This document shows positions 18,520-30,194 of a stretch of DNA of 64,000 nucleotides, piece by piece; positions within the stretch are counted from its first letter, which is position 1; every line of letters begins with the position of its first letter. Under the pieces are notes generated by a model. That model ran no database searches. It was not told where the DNA came from and saw only the letters and a program-made list of their open reading frames with translations. This DNA comes from Patescibacteria group bacterium (lineage in GTDB: Bacteria > Patescibacteriota > Patescibacteriia > UBA10025 > JAHIVO01), in contig JBMOKY010000001.1 in assembly GCA_049325535.1 (NCBI GenBank), positions 749,942 to 813,941 of the forward strand. The letters are read 5' to 3'. The position numbers were made by a program, and so were the translations under genes.

Positions 18520-19317
18520 TCAAACTGGTCGGAGGGTGCCCGCCCAGACCTGCCATGCCAACAATGACTTGGCGACCAAGCTCAAGATGATATACGCGCG
18601 CTCTCCATACAGGTAATCCTGCCACTTTCCTGTTTTTTTGTACTGCAGCACCATGTTCAGTGCAAACACATTGAAAAAGAGGAAAATGGAAAAATATATC
18701 CAGTAAACAAACGTCGGTGCCTTCATGTCCCCTGATCCGGCAAAAAACAGATAGAACGCCACAGCCACCCAGGGCACGGCACCGGCGATGCACCCAAACA
18801 AATACGAGGTCCAATCTGTTTTTTGAGTCGCCTGATTGTGGAGCTCCATCATCCAGCCAAACAGGATCATCATGGCATTCAGAAAAAATATCAAAAGTAA
18901 ACTGATACCATCATACATGCCGACGAGCATGGCGATGACGATAATCATCAGTGACGAGCTAAACGAATACTCAATCCACCGCGCTTTATTGATTCCCTTG
19001 AGCAGATGACGGTTATACCAGCTATTGATTGCAGGCACCATCGATATTGCAGCATGAGCGATTGCCGAGAGAAATAAAAATCCTGCAACGAGCGGCCCGA
19101 TCGGGATTTCAAATATCGTCTTCAGTACTGGTTCGAGCTTCATTGACACAGAATTAAACTCGACAAAGGCGGTCGTCACGGGCAATGTGAATGACGAGCT
19201 GAAAACCAGCATGACCACACCCTGTATTGCATGCAGCAGAGCCATGATGACATTGAAACGGCGCAATCGGCGCAATTTGTCATCGGGCGTTACGGAAACG
19301 GGCGCATTGTTCTCCAT
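18520..19317 (-). CDS. Heliorhodopsin
   Basis: LRRFN...LHAIQ, RWIEYSFSSSLM, LFGWMME, GERAYIILSLVAKSLLAWQV (retinal-binding Lys in SLVAK). Confidence 0.95.
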   Translation of the reverse strand: MENNAPVSVTPDDKLRRLRRFNVIMALLHAIQGVVMLVFSSSFTLPVTTAFVEFNSVSMKLEPVLKTIFEIPIGPLVAGFLFLSAIAHAAISMVPAINSWYNRHLLKGINKARWIEYSFSSSLMIIVIAMLVGMYDGISLLLIFFLNAMMILFGWMMELHNQATQKTDWTSYLFGCIAGAVPWVAVAFYLFFAGSGDMKAPTFVYWIYFSIFLFFNVFALNMVLQYKKTGKWQDYLYGERAYIILSLVAKSLLAWQVWAGTLRPV

Positions 19318-19343
19318 ATGTGTTTGTCAGTTATTAAATATTA

Positions 19344-20102
19344 TCATTCAACCAATAAAGCACTCCAACCGCGATCATGTGAGCGGGCCGTGGCCGGCAG
19401 GGTGCCAACAAAATCCCCGTAGCCAGAATGGTACTCAAGCGTCTCAATCGAAAACCCTTCGATGCTGGCCATGCGCGTATTTATCTGATCCTCAAAAAAT
19501 CTCTCTATATCATCCAAATACTGATCCGGCACAGCAATTCGCCCAACCTTCGCGTCATGGATGATGAGATCAATGGATTTGGGTGATGTGGCGGTGACGC
19601 TTGCCTTGACATACCCGGGGGCTTGGATGTACTCATTCACCATTCCGGAAACCTCCATGCCGCCCTCAATCATATTCACTTGCACGTCGCTGAAAACCGG
19701 ATTATCCCCCTCAAATCGTTTTAACCATGCGGTAATCTCCTCTGAGGTACCACGCATATCAACTGCGATTTCACCATCAAACATATTTGCTACTGAATCC
19801 GTCCGTGTACCGGAAATCTGCAGGGGCACTTGTGCGTACAACGTTTCGAGATGCTTCGGGTCATTGCTGACTCCCAGGTCTATTGGTTGGTCGGTTTTGA
19901 ATATGCTGCTCAACACGGGTATGGTATAAAGTCCGGTGGCGGAAATGCCCAGCGCAATTCCCAGCACAATAACAGCGAAGACAATCAAGGTAATCAGCCA
20001 TCCTCGCCGTTTCTTCGGTTTTGCAATCGACGATTTTGCCTCTGGCGTGGGCGCGATATCGGCGGGCATGTCGGTCTTTACTTGTTTTTGCGTTTGTTCC
20101 AT
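19344..20102 (-). CDS. Single-pass membrane protein, hypothetical
   Basis: Basic patch followed by one TM helix; start set at ATG 20102; directly upstream of heliorhodopsin. Confidence 0.75.
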   Translation of the reverse strand: MEQTQKQVKTDMPADIAPTPEAKSSIAKPKKRRGWLITLIVFAVIVLGIALGISATGLYTIPVLSSIFKTDQPIDLGVSNDPKHLETLYAQVPLQISGTRTDSVANMFDGEIAVDMRGTSEEITAWLKRFEGDNPVFSDVQVNMIEGGMEVSGMVNEYIQAPGYVKASVTATSPKSIDLIIHDAKVGRIAVPDQYLDDIERFFEDQINTRMASIEGFSIETLEYHSGYGDFVGTLPATARSHDRGWSALLVE

Positions 20103-20281
20103 ATGACAGATAATCATTAACAATATGTGCTCAGTATAGCATATTTTTATTTTCTGGAGCTGTGCTGCATATATCCTTTCCACATAATAGTAATCATTAC
20201 TAGCGCCAACTTGCCCAAAAATACTCAGTAACGGTACACTATATTGAAGCGTACCTCATGCCATAGGAAGGAGGTGAGAGC

Positions 20282-20443
20282 ATGACGACGGTACGTGGTC
20301 GGCCACTCTGGCTGGTGGTCATCAGATGGGTCATGATTGCATGCGCAATCATCATTGTCTGGTTTTCACCAAGTCTGGCGGTGGCATGTGCGCTCATTGG
20401 TATCGGGCTGCCGATGATACTGTCACCGAGTCGGAGACGGTGA
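20282..20443 (+). CDS. Unannotated 53-aa two-TM micro-protein
   Basis: MTTVRGRPLWLVVIRWVMIACAIIIVWFSPSLAVACALIGIGLPMILSPSRRR; SD AAGGAGGTGA; TACACT -10 upstream; hairpin plus T-tract after. Confidence 0.7.
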   Translation: MTTVRGRPLWLVVIRWVMIACAIIIVWFSPSLAVACALIGIGLPMILSPSRRR

Positions 20444-20563
20444 TATGGTTGGGAATTCGTGTAACGTGACCCTGTGGAATGATAGCCACGGGGTTTCTTT
20501 TATTTAAAAAAATCCTGGCAAGCAAGCGCTTGCCAGGAAAAAAAACGGAAAACAGCTACGTGG

Positions 20564-20803
20564 CTAGATCGGATGACACATGACGACCGGTGCAGTACTG
20601 CGATCTTTGAAAACGGCGACCATGCCACCGTTCACGCTCTGCAGCTGGCGAAGATCCGCCACCCCTGCTGAAGTGACTGCCGCTGATAAATCAGCGTTAA
20701 CGCCAGATACCGTGGCGATAGTTCGGTTGACGCCGTCTCGTCGCTGACAGCCCGGCAACACCAATTCAATGAGGTACTTAGACCCCGTGGAAAACACGAT
20801 CAT
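20564..20803 (-). CDS. Hypothetical protein (79 aa)
   Basis: ATG after GGAGGT; TTGACA-17-TAGAAT at 20886..20858; hairpin at 20506..20545. Confidence 0.65.
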   Translation of the reverse strand: MIVFSTGSKYLIELVLPGCQRRDGVNRTIATVSGVNADLSAAVTSAGVADLRQLQSVNGGMVAVFKDRSTAPVVMCHPI

Positions 20804-20957
20804 GCGAAACCTCCAAGGTATGATTGTGCAATCGTTAAGGAGCAAAAATTACTCATCATTCTAACTGATCAAGCCCGCCATGTCAATCCCCTCTAGGGTT
20901 ATCGCCAAATAAATAAGCTCCCTGAAGTCCGGTCGGACTTCAGGGAACAAGGGTCGG

Positions 20958-21419
20958 CTATTCATTCTGACCGACCTGAAATGCGCCTGAGGCATTGGGG
21001 AATCGTTTGGTGAAGTGGTACTTCACCGGCAGAATTCCGACAAAGCCGCCAAGTACAATCAGCGTCGTCGCAACCATTTGCGGTGGCATTTGGAAATGGT
21101 GTCCATCCCATGCCATAACCACAAAAAATTCGATTGCCGAGAACAGCCAGAGGGCTACGAGAATACTTCCGCGGCGACTGAGCATTTCCAGTCGTTCCCA
21201 CCGGACCTTTTCCTTGATGGCCAGATACATGACCAGGACGGCCCAGCAGAATTCAGGCATTTCATCCGGAACGGCGTGCAAGCCGTTTGAATAAAAATGC
21301 CAATGGAAAAGCCCAAGCAGCGAAATTGTTGGCGAGTCTACCCACCAGCCCCGGTACCGATACAGGGTATGTACAAACCGGGACCATCTCGAGCGTTTGG
21401 CATGTTGTTGCTGTGCCAC
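20958..21419 (-). CDS. Hypothetical multi-pass membrane protein
   Basis: GTG after AAGGAGGTGA; several hydrophobic segments; perfect hairpin downstream. Confidence 0.7.
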   Translation of the reverse strand: MAQQQHAKRSRWSRFVHTLYRYRGWWVDSPTISLLGLFHWHFYSNGLHAVPDEMPEFCWAVLVMYLAIKEKVRWERLEMLSRRGSILVALWLFSAIEFFVVMAWDGHHFQMPPQMVATTLIVLGGFVGILPVKYHFTKRFPNASGAFQVGQNE

Positions 21420-21580
21420 CGTACTCACCTCCTTTATACAGCCGTGTGTGCTCTTGGAAACGAGCATTTTTTAGGATGCCAAAGTAGGTTACCTTCTCAC
21501 CGCAAGTAAAATTTGTCAAGCCACAAATCAGCCCGGCTACCGCCGTGCCGCGAGCACACCCGGGAGGATGCTCGGAGTAT

Positions 21581-22612
21581 CTAACTGGACGATTGTATAT
21601 ACTGATCAAAAAAATCACCAGTCCGCTCCAGCGCCAAATCCGCTGCTGCCGCGAAATCATGCCCCTGGTCCAGATATTTATCAAAAATAACTTTGACGTT
21701 ATTAGCCGCTTCCAATTCAGTTACCAGCTGTTCGGAAAATTCTATCGGCACGTAGTCATCGGCAGTTCCATGATGGATGAGGACCGGTGCGCGCATCTGG
21801 CTAAGGAAATGCAACGGGGAAGCGTTTTCCCAAAAGATGGGATTGGAGTCCTTCGTGCCGTACCGCGCAATAATCGCTTCCGCCGCCGGTATGTCACTCA
21901 TCCAGCGCTGGTAGTCCACCCAGAGATCCGGGCTGATCGGCGCATATAATACAAAGGCATCAACCAGTGTGGGCTGGGAAACAGCTACCGCCAGGGCGAT
22001 GCCGCCACCCATAGCATAACCAATCATGCCCACCCGATCAGTGTCGATAAATGCCAGATTAGCCTGCCGCACCGCCTGGATGGCATTGATTACGTCGATG
22101 ACATACCCGTACCGCAGATTGAGATCAACATCCGTATCAGTATCAGAACCACCCAAGTTTCGATAATCCGGTACCAGCGATACGTACCCACGCTTTGCCA
22201 AATACACTTGCTCTTTTTTGAATAACGATCCAGTTTGGTATGACGAAGAGTCAACCAGACCATGATTGATGACTACGACCGGAAAAGGACCTTCACCCGT
22301 AGGCGCTACCAGCGTACCAGTAATGGTCAAATCATCACTCTGATAGGTAATAAAATAGCGCACATGGCCTTCACCCGTATCCAGTACCGGCCCCAATACT
22401 AAATCACCTCCCGTGTAGGAGCGCTGCATCAGCGCCGGAATGGAAATTTCGTCTGGCAAAACGCTCTGCGCTGCCAGTTTATCCGGGTTTACTAATTGAT
22501 TGGTGTCAGCGGGCGGGACATAGGTATTCTGGTAGTTGATAGCTGCCCAGCCCGCAGCAACTAAGGCGATGACCGCCACAACTGGTAAAAAATGAGACCA
22601 GTGGAGTTTCAT
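21581..22612 (-). CDS. Membrane-anchored alpha/beta hydrolase (S9-like) with nucleophile Ser replaced by Ala
   Basis: PVVVINHG, PDYRNLG, GYAMGG, HHGTADDYVP, GHDF. Confidence 0.88.
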   Translation of the reverse strand: MKLHWSHFLPVVAVIALVAAGWAAINYQNTYVPPADTNQLVNPDKLAAQSVLPDEISIPALMQRSYTGGDLVLGPVLDTGEGHVRYFITYQSDDLTITGTLVAPTGEGPFPVVVINHGLVDSSSYQTGSLFKKEQVYLAKRGYVSLVPDYRNLGGSDTDTDVDLNLRYGYVIDVINAIQAVRQANLAFIDTDRVGMIGYAMGGGIALAVAVSQPTLVDAFVLYAPISPDLWVDYQRWMSDIPAAEAIIARYGTKDSNPIFWENASPLHFLSQMRAPVLIHHGTADDYVPIEFSEQLVTELEAANNVKVIFDKYLDQGHDFAAAADLALERTGDFFDQYIQSSS

Positions 22613-22621
22613 GAGGATGAA

Positions 22622-22894
22622 TTACTGCGCCGCCGCTTGAAGTCGCTCAAATACCCCTTCGATCTGCTGTTTTTTTTCCGGTGACGCCGTGACAAACGCA
22701 TCAGTTGCATTCGCATCCATCACCATAGTAATCAGCTCCTGTTCATCCCCGTTCAATCCAGCGGCGGCGACTATGTCCTCATACCGCTCGCGGTGCGCCT
22801 GCAGCCACGTGGCCATATGTTGAGCTCGTTCGCGCGCGGCCAGCGCTTCATCGGTTTCACGATACTGTTGTCCTTCTCCTCTTTCCATATGCAT
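22622..22894 (-). CDS. Hypothetical protein (90 aa)
   Basis: Fills the gap co-directionally; TATACT upstream. Confidence 0.6.
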   Translation of the reverse strand: MHMERGEGQQYRETDEALAARERAQHMATWLQAHRERYEDIVAAAGLNGDEQELITMVMDANATDAFVTASPEKKQQIEGVFERLQAAAQ

Positions 22895-22984
22895 TTGTAT
22901 TAAATGATTAATCTAGTATAATCATACCATTTCAAAACTAACTACTCCAGCATCTGTCATACTTGAGGATTTAATGCCACCATG

Positions 22985-23422
22985 CTACTCGTGCTGCGAA
23001 TTTGAATACTCAAAGTCAACTTGATCGTGCTCGTCTATGCGTGCCAACACGAAATGATAGGTTAGGTCGGGATACTGCTCGCGCAATACATCCGCGGCCC
23101 GATGCATGTCTGCCAAATGTCGTTCACGCTCTTCGTTCGCCGAGGTAAATGCCGCTCGTCCACCGTACGCCCCACAATCAGTATGATGCATGAGAAACAC
23201 ATCCTGGATACCGTGTAAATCATGGGCGGTTTTAATCTGTTTGAGGATCACATCGGTGATTTCCGAATCACCATCAGCGATCCCCTTGGCCGCACCAGCT
23301 AAACTGACTTCGTCATATTGATCGCGGAGATCAAGTGAACCCAAAAAATCATGGATTGATTCGGTCAGACGATAATCCATGCAATGTATGACTAATGCCC
23401 GACACGCATGTGGTTTACTCAT
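22985..23422 (-). CDS. Beta-class carbonic anhydrase-like protein
   Basis: CMDYR and HHTDCG zinc ligands; ATGA overlap with the atpC stop. Confidence 0.88.
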   Translation of the reverse strand: MSKPHACRALVIHCMDYRLTESIHDFLGSLDLRDQYDEVSLAGAAKGIADGDSEITDVILKQIKTAHDLHGIQDVFLMHHTDCGAYGGRAAFTSANEERERHLADMHRAADVLREQYPDLTYHFVLARIDEHDQVDFEYSNSQHE

Positions 23423-23862
23423 GGTTGTGGTCGAGTTGCGTCGACGCGTCGCGTGGTACGACGTTTGGCAACCCGTAATCGCGCTAATTCTTTCTCAATC
23501 TTAGCTGACAGTGCGGCGAACTCTTCTGAATCCACCCGTTTATCCTGCATTAATTGCGCTGCCCGAGCACGGGCTTCCTCGGCACGTTGTTCGTCAATCT
23601 GCTCAGCGCGCTCCGCTGAATCGGCCAAGGCAACCACTTTATCTGGATGCACCTGCAGTAATCCACTTGAAACCGCCAGATACGTCACCTGATCATCCAT
23701 GCGAATACGCACCTCACCAGCCTGCAACAATGAAACCAACGGCACGTGGTGCGGTAATACGCCAATCTCCCCATCCGGCGTGGGAATCACCACCTCATCC
23801 ACTGCTTCAGAAAATACCGTGCCATCCGGGGTAATGATTTCAAATTGTAATTTATCGGACAT
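23419..23862 (-). CDS. atpC: ATP synthase epsilon
   Basis: EIITPDG, GEIGVLPHHVPL, LADSAERAEQID. Confidence 0.97.
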   Translation of the reverse strand: MSDKLQFEIITPDGTVFSEAVDEVVIPTPDGEIGVLPHHVPLVSLLQAGEVRIRMDDQVTYLAVSSGLLQVHPDKVVALADSAERAEQIDEQRAEEARARAAQLMQDKRVDSEEFAALSAKIEKELARLRVAKRRTTRRVDATRPQP

Positions 23863-23884
23863 ATGGGAGAGTCTTCATCATTGG

Positions 23885-25285
<1,401 letters not shown>

Positions 25286-25318
25286 TTACGGTAACAAAAT
25301 TAATAATATCGAAATAAG

Positions 25319-26206
25319 TTAAGTGATTGCCGCGCGGCTAGCACTGATTTCGGCAAGTTCACTGGTGATACTTTGTTGGCGGGCTTGGTTAAAGGTAAGC
25401 GTCAAATCTTTAATCATATCAGTGGCCGCATCAGACGCATTGCGCATCGAGAACATACGTGCGGAATGCTCAGACGCATTTGACTCGAGTAATGCTTGGT
25501 ACACTTGCAGTTCGGTCAATCGATAGAGCATCGCGTTCAACACTGCAGCAGGTGACGGTTCAAACATGTATTCAAATTCTTGTTTCGTTTCTATCTCGGC
25601 TGCGCCCTGTGTCTGCCCTAATTCGGTATCCTCTTTGACAATCGGTAATAACTGACTGATACGCGGGGTTTGCTTAATCGCCGATTTATAATCAGTATAC
25701 GCAATGGCGATCTTGTCATATTTCCCATCCAGATAATCAGTGATAACCAAGCGCGCCATAGCTTGTACATCCCGGACACTCTCTGCCACATCTAATTTTT
25801 CGAAATCAGCCACGATAGTGTGCCCCTGCCGTTGGATGGTGCTTCCCTTTTTCCCCATCAGAATCACATCGACGGGCACACCTTGGGCGGATGCATAGTT
25901 ACCAGCAGTTTCCACTAATTCCCGATTAAATCCCCCGCACAATCCCCGATTTGAAGCAATCACAATCAAACCTATTCGCTGAATTTTTTCCCGCGTCTGC
26001 AGGAGCTGGTGTTGCTCTGGGTCTGTCTTGGCTGCTAAATCCTGCACGATATTCCAGGCAGTACGCGCATACTGACGTGTCGCTAAAACTGCTTGCACCG
26101 CACGGCGCATTTTTGCAGCCGAAACAAGCTCCATCGCCTTGGTAATTTTTTTGGTGTTGGTGACGGAACGGATGCGTCGTTGAATTTCTTTTGTGCCTGA
26201 AGGCAT
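25319..26206 (-). CDS. atpG: ATP synthase gamma
   Basis: KITKAMELVSAAK, RGLCGGFN, SEHSARMFSM, ARQQSITSEL. Confidence 0.99.
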   Translation of the reverse strand: MPSGTKEIQRRIRSVTNTKKITKAMELVSAAKMRRAVQAVLATRQYARTAWNIVQDLAAKTDPEQHQLLQTREKIQRIGLIVIASNRGLCGGFNRELVETAGNYASAQGVPVDVILMGKKGSTIQRQGHTIVADFEKLDVAESVRDVQAMARLVITDYLDGKYDKIAIAYTDYKSAIKQTPRISQLLPIVKEDTELGQTQGAAEIETKQEFEYMFEPSPAAVLNAMLYRLTELQVYQALLESNASEHSARMFSMRNASDAATDMIKDLTLTFNQARQQSITSELAEISASRAAIT

Positions 26207-26223
26207 GGTAACGTTGTAACTAA

Positions 26224-27744
26224 TTATGCAGCTGGCGTAACAAACGCGGTCGTCTTTTTAAAGTCTTCAATCGCGCCTACCAACTGTTTTTCTATATCCT
26301 CTTTCATTTCTTTTTCCGTCACAATCCGTTTCATGAGATCAGCATGCGAGGCATTGAGGTACTGATGGAATGCTTCTTCAAATTCACGAATTTTTTCTGG
26401 CGCCACGTCATCCAGATGGCCATTGACGGCAGTATAAATAATAGCGACTTGGTGCTCGACCGGCATGGGTTGATACTGATTCTGTTTCAAAATCTCGGTT
26501 AATCGCTTGCCCCGTTCGAGTTGCTTGCGGGTTGCTTCATCGAGATCAGAGCCAAATTGGGCAAAAGCAGCCAGTTCTCGGTATTGGGCGAGGTCCAAAC
26601 GTAATTTTCCAGCGACTTTCTTCATGGCTTTGATCTGTGCTGCTGAACCGACACGCGAAACTGACAAACCGACGTTCAAGGCTGGACGGATACCCTGATA
26701 GAACAAATCTGGTTCAAGGTAAATCTGACCGTCGGTGATGGAAATGACATTGGTAGGAATGTACGCCGAAATATCACCCGCTTGTGTTTCAATAATTGGT
26801 AATGCGGTTAAGCTGCCACCGCCATATTTTTCATTGAGACGAGCGGCTCGTTCGAGTAGTCGTGAGTGGAGATAAAAGACATCGCCGGGATAAGCTTCAC
26901 GACCTGGTGGCCGTCGGAGTAACAACGAAATTTCGCGATACGCCCAAGCGTGTTTAGATAAATCATCATAAATGATCAAAGCGTCTTTGCCTTGGTCCAT
27001 GAAGTATTCACCCATAGCGCAGCCAGCATACGGCGCGATATAGGCCAATGACGCTGGATCAGATGCGCCAGCCACAACGACGATGGTATGATCCATGGCG
27101 CCGGCTTGCTCAAGTTCAGCCACAATCTTCGCAATCTTGGATTCTTTCTGGCCAATCGCCACATAGATACAAATAACGCCAGTACCCTTCTGATTGACAA
27201 TGGTATCAATACCGATGGCTGTTTTACCTACCTGGCGGTCGCCAATGATCAATTCACGCTGGCCGCGGCCAATCGGAATCATTGAATCTATTGCTTTCAC
27301 GCCTGTTTGCAGTGGAGTATCAACTGATTTTCGAGTAATAACACGTGGCGCAATCTTTTCGACCGGATAATACATATCGGTCTTGATATCACCTTTGCCA
27401 TCAATCGCCTGACCTAACGGGTTCACCACCCGGCCAACCATTGCATTGCCAACTGGTACTTCCAGAATACGACCAGTGCTCTTGGCTGTATCACCTTCTT
27501 TGATACCTTCCTGATCGCCCAAGATTATGGCGCCGACAGTATCAGTTTCGAGGTTCAATGCCACGCCGTATTTATTGCCGGGCAATTCGATCATTTCTGA
27601 TGCTTGTACATCGGACAAGCCGGACAAACGGACAATGCCATCCCCAATCTCCTCGACCGTACCCACTTTTTCGGTTTTGGTATCAGCCCGAAAATCAGCG
27701 ATCCGCTTTTTCAATTCTTCGATAATGTAATCGGTATTTGACAT
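26224..27744 (-). CDS. atpA: ATP synthase alpha
   Basis: [33 protein letters not shown]. Confidence 0.99.
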   Translation of the reverse strand: MSNTDYIIEELKKRIADFRADTKTEKVGTVEEIGDGIVRLSGLSDVQASEMIELPGNKYGVALNLETDTVGAIILGDQEGIKEGDTAKSTGRILEVPVGNAMVGRVVNPLGQAIDGKGDIKTDMYYPVEKIAPRVITRKSVDTPLQTGVKAIDSMIPIGRGQRELIIGDRQVGKTAIGIDTIVNQKGTGVICIYVAIGQKESKIAKIVAELEQAGAMDHTIVVVAGASDPASLAYIAPYAGCAMGEYFMDQGKDALIIYDDLSKHAWAYREISLLLRRPPGREAYPGDVFYLHSRLLERAARLNEKYGGGSLTALPIIETQAGDISAYIPTNVISITDGQIYLEPDLFYQGIRPALNVGLSVSRVGSAAQIKAMKKVAGKLRLDLAQYRELAAFAQFGSDLDEATRKQLERGKRLTEILKQNQYQPMPVEHQVAIIYTAVNGHLDDVAPEKIREFEEAFHQYLNASHADLMKRIVTEKEMKEDIEKQLVGAIEDFKKTTAFVTPAA

Positions 27745-27765
27745 ATTTTTTAGCTATGCTAGGGT
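27738..27765 (+). promoter_or_regulatory. Antisense promoter overlapping the atpA start codon
   Basis: TTGACA(27738-43)-16-TAGGGT with extended TG. Confidence 0.55.
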
Positions 27766-27822
27766 ATTAGGTAAAATATTGATTAAAATAGTTCTTCAAC
27801 GAATATATCAGAGGAGTAAATC

Positions 27823-27951
27823 ATGTCTGACTCATGCCATTGTCCGCTCTGCAAAACTGTATGCACCGGGGTTGGTTGGCTCGAATGCGTCAACCTCTTG
27901 TGCCGGCACTGGTTCGTCTATCTGCCCAAACCGGGCACTCTCAAATCATAG
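27823..27951 (+). CDS. Unannotated 42-aa zinc-ribbon micro-protein, antisense within the atp operon
   Basis: MSDSCHCPLCKTVCTGVGWLECVNLLCRHWFVYLPKPGTLKS; SD GAGGAG 6 nt before ATG; own promoter and terminator. Confidence 0.7.
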   Translation: MSDSCHCPLCKTVCTGVGWLECVNLLCRHWFVYLPKPGTLKS

Positions 27952-27973
27952 TGGACTCTCGACAGTCTACACA

Positions 27974-28003
27974 CGTTGGTCGCTGTGGCGATCAACGTTT
28001 TTT
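27974..28003 (+). terminator. Plus-strand intrinsic terminator
   Basis: cgttggtcgc-tgtg-gcgatcaacg then T6; fully paired only on the plus strand (G-U wobble). Confidence 0.7.
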
Positions 28004-28403
28004 ATTTCTGCAAATGATCTTTCAGAGCCGCCAATCGGGTACGGATACTCCCGTCAACCACCACATCGCCAAATCGTACTTTCAATCCACCCATCTGCTC
28101 CGAATCAACCGCTGACCGCAATACTACCTTCTTGCCCAATACATTCTCCAAACTTTTGATAATCGATGCGGTCGTAACATGATCCATCTCCTGTGCCGTT
28201 GTCGCCGTCACTGCCACGATACCCTCCTGTTCATACGCGTACTGGCGAAACGCCGTCACAATCTTATCGGCCTGCGACAGCACACGATGTTCCTGCAGCA
28301 GTGCGACAAATGATTGCACGAGCGGGCTCACCTCAGACGACTTCTTTCCGGCAACCGATTCATATAAACTGACGGCGTATTGTCGTGGCGTGATTTTAGT
28401 CAT
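28002..28403 (-). CDS. atpH: ATP synthase delta (short form)
   Basis: QYAVSLYE, GGLKVRFGDVVVDGSIRTRL; operon position. Confidence 0.93.
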   Translation of the reverse strand: MTKITPRQYAVSLYESVAGKKSSEVSPLVQSFVALLQEHRVLSQADKIVTAFRQYAYEQEGIVAVTATTAQEMDHVTTASIIKSLENVLGKKVVLRSAVDSEQMGGLKVRFGDVVVDGSIRTRLAALKDHLQK

Positions 28404-28905
28404 TACTGTCAGAAGCTTTAGATATCGTATTCTGGATCAATGTCTGGTGCGTTTTGGGGTCCAATTCCTTTCCGATTACTTTCGCGCTGGCAGTCACGAC
28501 CAATTCAGCTAATTCTTGCTTAGCGTCTTTGAGCATCTGATCCTTCTCGGACAAAATCTCCTGCTTGGCGCGCTCGGTCATGCGTTCCATTTCTTCCCGA
28601 GTCTGGTGGAGTTTCGTCTCGCGGATTTTTTCCGCTTCAGTCATGGCTTGAGCCGCGATGATCTGCGCTTCCTTTTTCGCTTCGGTGACGATCTTTTCCT
28701 TTTCGACTTCAGCTGATTTCAGCTGTTCCTCGATGCGTTTCGCATCCGATAAGCTCCGTTCAATATCCGAAGATCGTTTATTCATCATCCGCATGATCGG
28801 CTTCAGGGCGAAAAAATACAGCACCGCCAGCACGATACCAAAATTGACGATCTGCGCGATCAGTAATTTCCAGTCGATGTGAAATGTTTGGACAAGTTCT
28901 TCCAT
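28396..28905 (-). CDS. atpF: ATP synthase b
   Basis: IDWKLLIAQIVNF TM segment plus coiled coil. Confidence 0.95.
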   Translation of the reverse strand: MEELVQTFHIDWKLLIAQIVNFGIVLAVLYFFALKPIMRMMNKRSSDIERSLSDAKRIEEQLKSAEVEKEKIVTEAKKEAQIIAAQAMTEAEKIRETKLHQTREEMERMTERAKQEILSEKDQMLKDAKQELAELVVTASAKVIGKELDPKTHQTLIQNTISKASDSND

Positions 28906-28985
28906 ATGAAATGTGATAATGATGGTAAATAATCAACCCACTGCAGCTGCCCAGACATTCATCTGAACAACTGCCAGTCAATCGA

Positions 28986-29285
<300 letters not shown>

Positions 29286-29297
29286 TTAATTAATCAC

Positions 29298-30194
29298 TTA
29301 ATGCTCGTCAGCGGCGGCGGCAACTGAGAAATACACCAGGGTCAGCATGGCAAATATCAGCGCCTGAATCAGTCCGACAACTACTTCCAGAAAGATAAAA
29401 GGTATCGGCAGGACAAATGCAAACAGTACTGCCATCGATGACAATAACACTTCACCGGCAAACACATTGCCAAACAACCGGAATGACAGCGAAGCGACCT
29501 TGGCGATTTCGCCGATAATCTCTATCAATCCGACAAAAAACTTTATCGGATTGACAAAAATCGTCGTCGGCTCCTTGCGTATCTTCATCGGCACTTCAAC
29601 CAGCGCCCGCACATTGATAAATTTATTGAAGTACTTCCACGCGCCCACAATAATAATGCCGAAAATATTTGAAGCAACCACCGAAAACAGTGCCAGTGCT
29701 AGCGTGGTATTCAGATCTGCGGTGGCCCCCCGGAAAAACGGAACAAATACCTCGTGGCCATCGTGCATCTCCAAAAAACCAATTGAGCCGATACCCGGAA
29801 TCAATCCCAGCCAGTTATTAACCAGAATAAACAAAAAAATGGAAAAAATAAACGGAAATACCTTTTGCGAGAGCACACGGCTACCAGTTACCGAATCGGT
29901 TAATTTCAGTGCGCCTTCAACGATAATTTCGAATGCGTTCTGGAGGCCGGCGGGAATGCGACGGATTTTCTTGCCAATGACAAATGCCAACACCGCTATG
30001 ATCAAAACGGTCATCCACGAATTGATCAGTGAATTGGTAATGGTGAAGCCGCCGACATGGGCAATCGGCTCGGCAAAAATTGTTACTTCGTGAGTGGTTT
30101 CTGTCTCTGCTGCGGCTGCGGAATCATGGCTACTCGTTTCCGTGGATACCGGTACTGCAGCATCATCATGAATTGTCGTCTCTGTTTCGGTCAT
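29298..30194 (-). CDS. atpB: ATP synthase a
   Basis: ATADLNTTLALA, SLSFRLFGNVFAGE, GLIQALIFAML. Confidence 0.97.
   Translation of the reverse strand: MTETETTIHDDAAVPVSTETSSHDSAAAAETETTHEVTIFAEPIAHVGGFTITNSLINSWMTVLIIAVLAFVIGKKIRRIPAGLQNAFEIIVEGALKLTDSVTGSRVLSQKVFPFIFSIFLFILVNNWLGLIPGIGSIGFLEMHDGHEVFVPFFRGATADLNTTLALALFSVVASNIFGIIIVGAWKYFNKFINVRALVEVPMKIRKEPTTIFVNPIKFFVGLIEIIGEIAKVASLSFRLFGNVFAGEVLLSSMAVLFAFVLPIPFIFLEVVVGLIQALIFAMLTLVYFSVAAAADEH

Noticed and set aside
27779-28159. 126-aa and 93-aa plus-strand ORFs from the track
   Set aside because: They run through the plus-strand terminator into atpH and lack a well-placed SD; the 42-aa frame fits the signals better
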